A stretch of DNA of 63,199 nt, the filler included, from Globobulimina sp. (taxonomy: Eukaryota), in the NCBI GenBank assembly GCA_003354225.1. It is 33 parts of 33 records of this genome, joined end to end, with 100 filler letters (N's around TTAATTAATTAA, not from the genome) between each part and the next. Parts side by side here need not be neighbours in the genome. Positions count along the whole stretch, not along the records: positions 59,468 to 61,283 come from PIVH01011600.1; positions 61,384 to 63,199 come from PIVH01011601.1; 31 more parts are not named here. The stretch is one strand, 5' to 3'. Of the stretch, positions 59,468-63,199 are shown piece after piece; the stretch's first letter is position 1; every line of letters begins with the position of its first letter. Made by a program: the position numbers and the translations under genes. Below the pieces are notes generated by a model. The model ran no database searches. It saw only the letters and a program-made list of their open reading frames with translations, and was not told where the DNA came from.

Positions 59468-60940
59468 ACAGTGATGATGTCTGGTGAACTTAAAAAAAGA
59501 GGTAAATTCAATAAATCATGGAAAAATCGATGGTTTGAGTTAGCATTTACCGATGGCGCAGATTCCTTATTTTTATCATATTATGAAAGCAAACTCCATA
59601 AAAAACCATGTGGTTCCATAAAAATCGCCGATATTTATCAAATAATGGCTATCGACAATGACAGTGTTAATCTGCCGCAACATTCGTTTATTCTTTCTTC
59701 CCCTTTCAAACAATATATCTTTTCTGCGCTAAATGAATGCGATCTGATTCGATGGATTGATATCTTAAATAAATACATTAATGGAACACGGGTCGTATTT
59801 GAAGGCTATTTGATGTTGAAAAAGGAGAAAACTTCAAATGTTTGGAACAGGCAATATTTCATATTAAACCAACAAGGTCAGCTCAAATATTATAAAAATA
59901 AAAATAAAGGCACAAAAGATGCTTTTTGTGGTTGTATATTATTGTCACAAATCGACGAAATCGCACACGGCAAAGTTTACGATGATATTTGTGTGTTTAC
60001 ATTGAATTTATTATCAAAATCCATGAAACGAAAATGGGTCTTATGCTATCAAGACAAACTGCATTGTTTGCTGTACTCCAAAAAAATGCGAGATAAATGG
60101 CAAGAAAAAATACAGCAAATTCGTTTCAAACAAGTGGATCGCGACTATTTTTCAGATGAAATCCCGAGCCCCAAAGTGAAAAAAAAGAAAACTAAAAAGA
60201 AGACAAACCAGAAACATGTCAAAGAGAGAAGGGCAAAATCATACACTTTGCATGAATATGCCAAAAAGGAAAAAAAATATAATTATAATCATAAAAACGA
60301 GAGAAAATCCAGAAAAAAAAAATCTGAAAAAAAAAGGAAAGTCAAACAACAAAGGGATAAGAATCGGCATAAATATATTCATGGAAATCGAGGCAAAAAA
60401 CTACCAAAAGAATCATATAACAATGTTTTTGCTGCGAGTAAATTGTCGAAAATCTCAATAACTGCGAGTCATCATCGATGCAATTCTGACCCGACCACGC
60501 CACAAACACCAAAGTTAAAATCGAAAGTCAATAAATTGGTCGGTTTGAGTGTGTTTGATAGCACTTCGCGATTAACGCCTTGCGGAGAGTCGGCGCATGC
60601 AAATGTTGAGAAGCCGTTTGAGATAAATCCAAAAAATGTAAAGAAAAAGAAAAAAAAGAGAACAAAAAGATGTATGAGCGATATTGCAAAGATTAGTAAG
60701 AACAGATATAAAATGAAACGTGTTCATAATACCAAATCATTGCAATCAGTGATGAGAGCAAATAAGGATAGAAAGAGGAAGAAAAAAGCCAAACAGTTTT
60801 CGCATCGAAAAGAGCAATTTGTGAGAGGGGCAAATGGAAAATGGAAGTATGGGAAGGAAACAAATGTGAATGTGGCAGGTTGGGAGATATCAACACCACA
60901 AAATGTTTCTAATGTACAGTTTGATGTGGATTTTGTTTAG
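59468..60940 (+). CDS. Tandem PH-domain protein with Lys-rich tail, 5'-partial
   Basis: SGELKKRG....WKNRWFEL...L.YY...PCGSI...RWI and FEGYL.......WNRQYFIL...LKYY...KW. Confidence 0.85.
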   Translation, partial: TVMMSGELKKRGKFNKSWKNRWFELAFTDGADSLFLSYYESKLHKKPCGSIKIADIYQIMAIDNDSVNLPQHSFILSSPFKQYIFSALNECDLIRWIDILNKYINGTRVVFEGYLMLKKEKTSNVWNRQYFILNQQGQLKYYKNKNKGTKDAFCGCILLSQIDEIAHGKVYDDICVFTLNLLSKSMKRKWVLCYQDKLHCLLYSKKMRDKWQEKIQQIRFKQVDRDYFSDEIPSPKVKKKKTKKKTNQKHVKERRAKSYTLHEYAKKEKKYNYNHKNERKSRKKKSEKKRKVKQQRDKNRHKYIHGNRGKKLPKESYNNVFAASKLSKISITASHHRCNSDPTTPQTPKLKSKVNKLVGLSVFDSTSRLTPCGESAHANVEKPFEINPKNVKKKKKKRTKRCMSDIAKISKNRYKMKRVHNTKSLQSVMRANKDRKRKKKAKQFSHRKEQFVRGANGKWKYGKETNVNVAGWEISTPQNVSNVQFDVDFV

Positions 60941-61534
60941 ATATATTAGTGTTTGTGTTGTGTGATTCGTCAAATCGAGTGTATTTTTGTTTTAATATAT
61001 TAGTGTTTGTGTTGTGTGTGACTTATTTTTTGAAATTTATCGTGTTAACTCATTCTCGCTTCTCTAATCTTTTATTGCTTATATATGCCAGTTATATCCT
61101 CATTTGTTATAATTTCAATTATTGATTTGATTTTGTTGTGTTGTGCTTTGTTTGGACAATGTCATGTGTGTACATTTTGTGCTTTGCTTTGTTGTTTTTG
61201 ATTAATAAAATGTACATTTTTCAGAATTAAATTCCTAAATTCATTTTTTTTTGGTAGAATAAATTATTAAATATTTTATATATNNNNNNNNNNNNNNNNN
61301 NNNNNNNNNNNNNNNNNNNNNNNNNNNTTAATTAATTAANNNNNNNNNNNNNNNNNNNNNNNNNNNNNNNNNNNNNNNNNNNNTGTAAACAAACAGAGTT
61401 TTTACGAAAAGCCAAGTGGATACGTTAGAAAATTAAATGTAGGCCTAAATTCTGGCAAGGACGACATGATTCACTTTTACTTAATTTCAAGTAAAAAAAC
61501 TTTATGCATGACAATTATTGACCGAACTGGCGAA

Positions 61535-62774
61535 CTACGATAAATGCATCCATTTATCTTCAATCCCATCCATATTAGCAAAATTAATAAAGGCAACAAT
61601 ATTTTCCCCATTGCAATTCATCAACAAGTCACAAATATTTTTATTCCTTTCATCAATTAATGCGTCCACGCACACTTTCATACTCTCTCTCACCTCATTC
61701 ACCAAAATCCTGCCATTCTCGCGTGTATATATACTCTCCCAATCGATTTCTGTCTTGCCACTTTTCTCCATTTCCGCATCCAAATCAATCTCCAATTGTT
61801 GATTTAAAAACAATTTCTTTTTTTTTTCATCATCCTCGCGACTCACCGGTGTATTTGGTCGGTTCTTATGCATTCTCTCCAACATTTTCCCCATCATTCT
61901 CTTCTGTATCTCCTTTGGTGTGCCGCCCATTGTAATCTCCCGTTCCATCTCCGCGCGATTCAAATCTTTCTCAAACATATTATCCGGTGTCAAACAAGCA
62001 GAGGGATCGTACATTTTATTCATGGATTTCTCGAATTTATCAATGCATTCTTTCAGTTTATTGTCGCAGAATATGAGCTCTGCTCTGTTCAATAACGCTG
62101 CGTGCATTGCTCTATAATCTGCGAAACTAATTATATTTTTATGAAAAGTAATACAAAGCACACAAATTTGTACATATTTCAAAGTGTTTTCAACGCAAAA
62201 AATCAGCCGGAATATGTACAAATTGTTGGTGTTTTTTACCTAAATAATAAGCCAAATAATTCAAAAGGTTTTATGATAGTTTTTGATTTGCTGAAAATGC
62301 CCGAGGACATTCTATATTTATTTGCAAAATCTTCCAAAGCGGCGCTGTAACAAATATCATCATTTAATTCTTCTCCATATTCTGCGGATAAGCTGTTATG
62401 GAATCGGATTAGACGAAAATTCCAGAAAATTCATCACGTTTTTTGTGTCTTAACTGTTGGATGACATCAGCTCTGTGTTGGCATATTTGCAGTAATACGG
62501 TGTCTGGTTTCACACCGTTTATAGTTTCAAATATTTTATTTGCGGTTTTATTTGGAGTATGAGTGTTGCCAACCAGATAGATACTTTTTTGTGCGTGTCG
62601 CAGCAATAGGAAAGTATCATCATTTGCCGATAGTTTGGTCACAGAAAATGAGCGTTTGATATGAGTGAATTGTGAGCTATCTGTCTGGTGTCAGTGTAAG
62701 AAAATGGTACGGAATGAATGCAACGCATGGGATAAGCACATACGTCTAAACATGTGATGAAATCTCGACAGCAT
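61535..62774 (-). CDS. TraB/PrgY-domain-like protein (spliced, likely mitochondrial)
   Basis: IYLVG.TH...I..VKPDTVLLQIC..R N-terminal motif and LIDERN..I...L......IVA C-terminal motif; several short introns, exact exons uncertain. Confidence 0.6.
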
Positions 62775-62892
62775 GATTTTGAAGTAGCAAGTTTTTAAGT
62801 TTTAAAGTAACAACATCAACATACTTTGCCTCCGTCCGTTGTCCGCTCCATCAACAAAAAACCAAGCAAACCAACTCTAAAACCAAGTAAAA

Positions 62893-63199
62893 ATGGGAGC
62901 ATTATGTCCAAAAGAAGACCAAACTGAAGAAGACGAAAAAGAGCAAGAACAAGAACTAGATCTAGAAAAACAAGAACAAAAACAGGAACAACCAGGCAAG
63001 AAAGAAGCAGCACAACAAAGCGCTGGAGATGAGGATAAAAAAGATAATGCACCAGAACCAGCAGACGAAAAAGAAGAAAAACACGCAGGTGTCGGGGATG
63101 GGGGTGGTATAGTAACCCGCCGTGAGATACGTTCATTGTCCCCCGACGAACAGAACCGATTTTTTGATGCAATTGATACAATGATGAAGGCCAAATCAG
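62893..63199 (+). CDS. Tyrosinase-like protein N-terminus with MGxxC acylation motif, 3'-partial
   Basis: MGALCPKED, acidic linker, then VTRREIRSLSPDEQNRFFDAIDTMM, typical of the start of a tyrosinase domain; absent from the ORF track. Confidence 0.65.
   Translation, partial: MGALCPKEDQTEEDEKEQEQELDLEKQEQKQEQPGKKEAAQQSAGDEDKKDNAPEPADEKEEKHAGVGDGGGIVTRREIRSLSPDEQNRFFDAIDTMMKAKS

Noticed and set aside
60941-61022. Duplicated ATATATTAGTGTTTGTGTTGTGTG after the PH gene stop
   Set aside because: Simple local duplication in a low-complexity 3' UTR
1820-61383. Regular TTAATTAATTAA motif every ~1.9 kb as a biological repeat or array
   Set aside because: It is an artificial linker inside N runs; ORF ends reading LIN or X are artefacts
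62816-63194. Two minus-strand ORFs at the window end
   Set aside because: Antisense to the plus-strand MGALC tyrosinase-like frame
1-63199. Alternative nuclear genetic code in the eukaryotic contigs
   Set aside because: ORF breaks are resolved by canonical GT-AG introns, and TAA, TAG and TGA all occur as real stops

Overview
This is not one locus. It is 33 unrelated contigs of about 1.82 kb, joined by 100-nt N spacers that carry a TTAATTAATTAA all-frame stop linker. Most contigs come from an AT-rich eukaryote with short (about 50-80 nt) GT-AG introns; the gene style suggests a rhizarian or foraminiferan-like protist, but that is inference. Its genes include Sec1, Uso1/p115, beta-COP, an Ariadne E3, an ABCC transporter, a PRL phosphatase, two aldo-keto reductases, sulfotransferases, a PLA2-XII, a PLS-type PPR and U-box, MYND, SAM and PH proteins. 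A few contigs look animal-like (a BTB gene and a Polinton polymerase with TTTCAG acceptors). Prokaryotic and viral contigs are a siphovirus neck module, a T4-like gp41 helicase fragment, and a bacterial RHS toxin/immunity pair beside a REP-associated Y1 transposase. The best leads are: a Polinton/Maverick protein-primed DNA polymerase whose motifs are rebuilt only by splicing three introns; a Polinton-type capsid gene about 460 bp from a host gene; a piggyBac-type element with perfect 52-bp TIRs carrying an orphan ORF; an RHS C-terminal domain with a Zn-ribbon membrane immunity protein; an AKR-RPEL fusion; and a membrane-anchored PLA2 with a cationic amphipathic helix. All family calls come from motif recognition by eye, with no database search.
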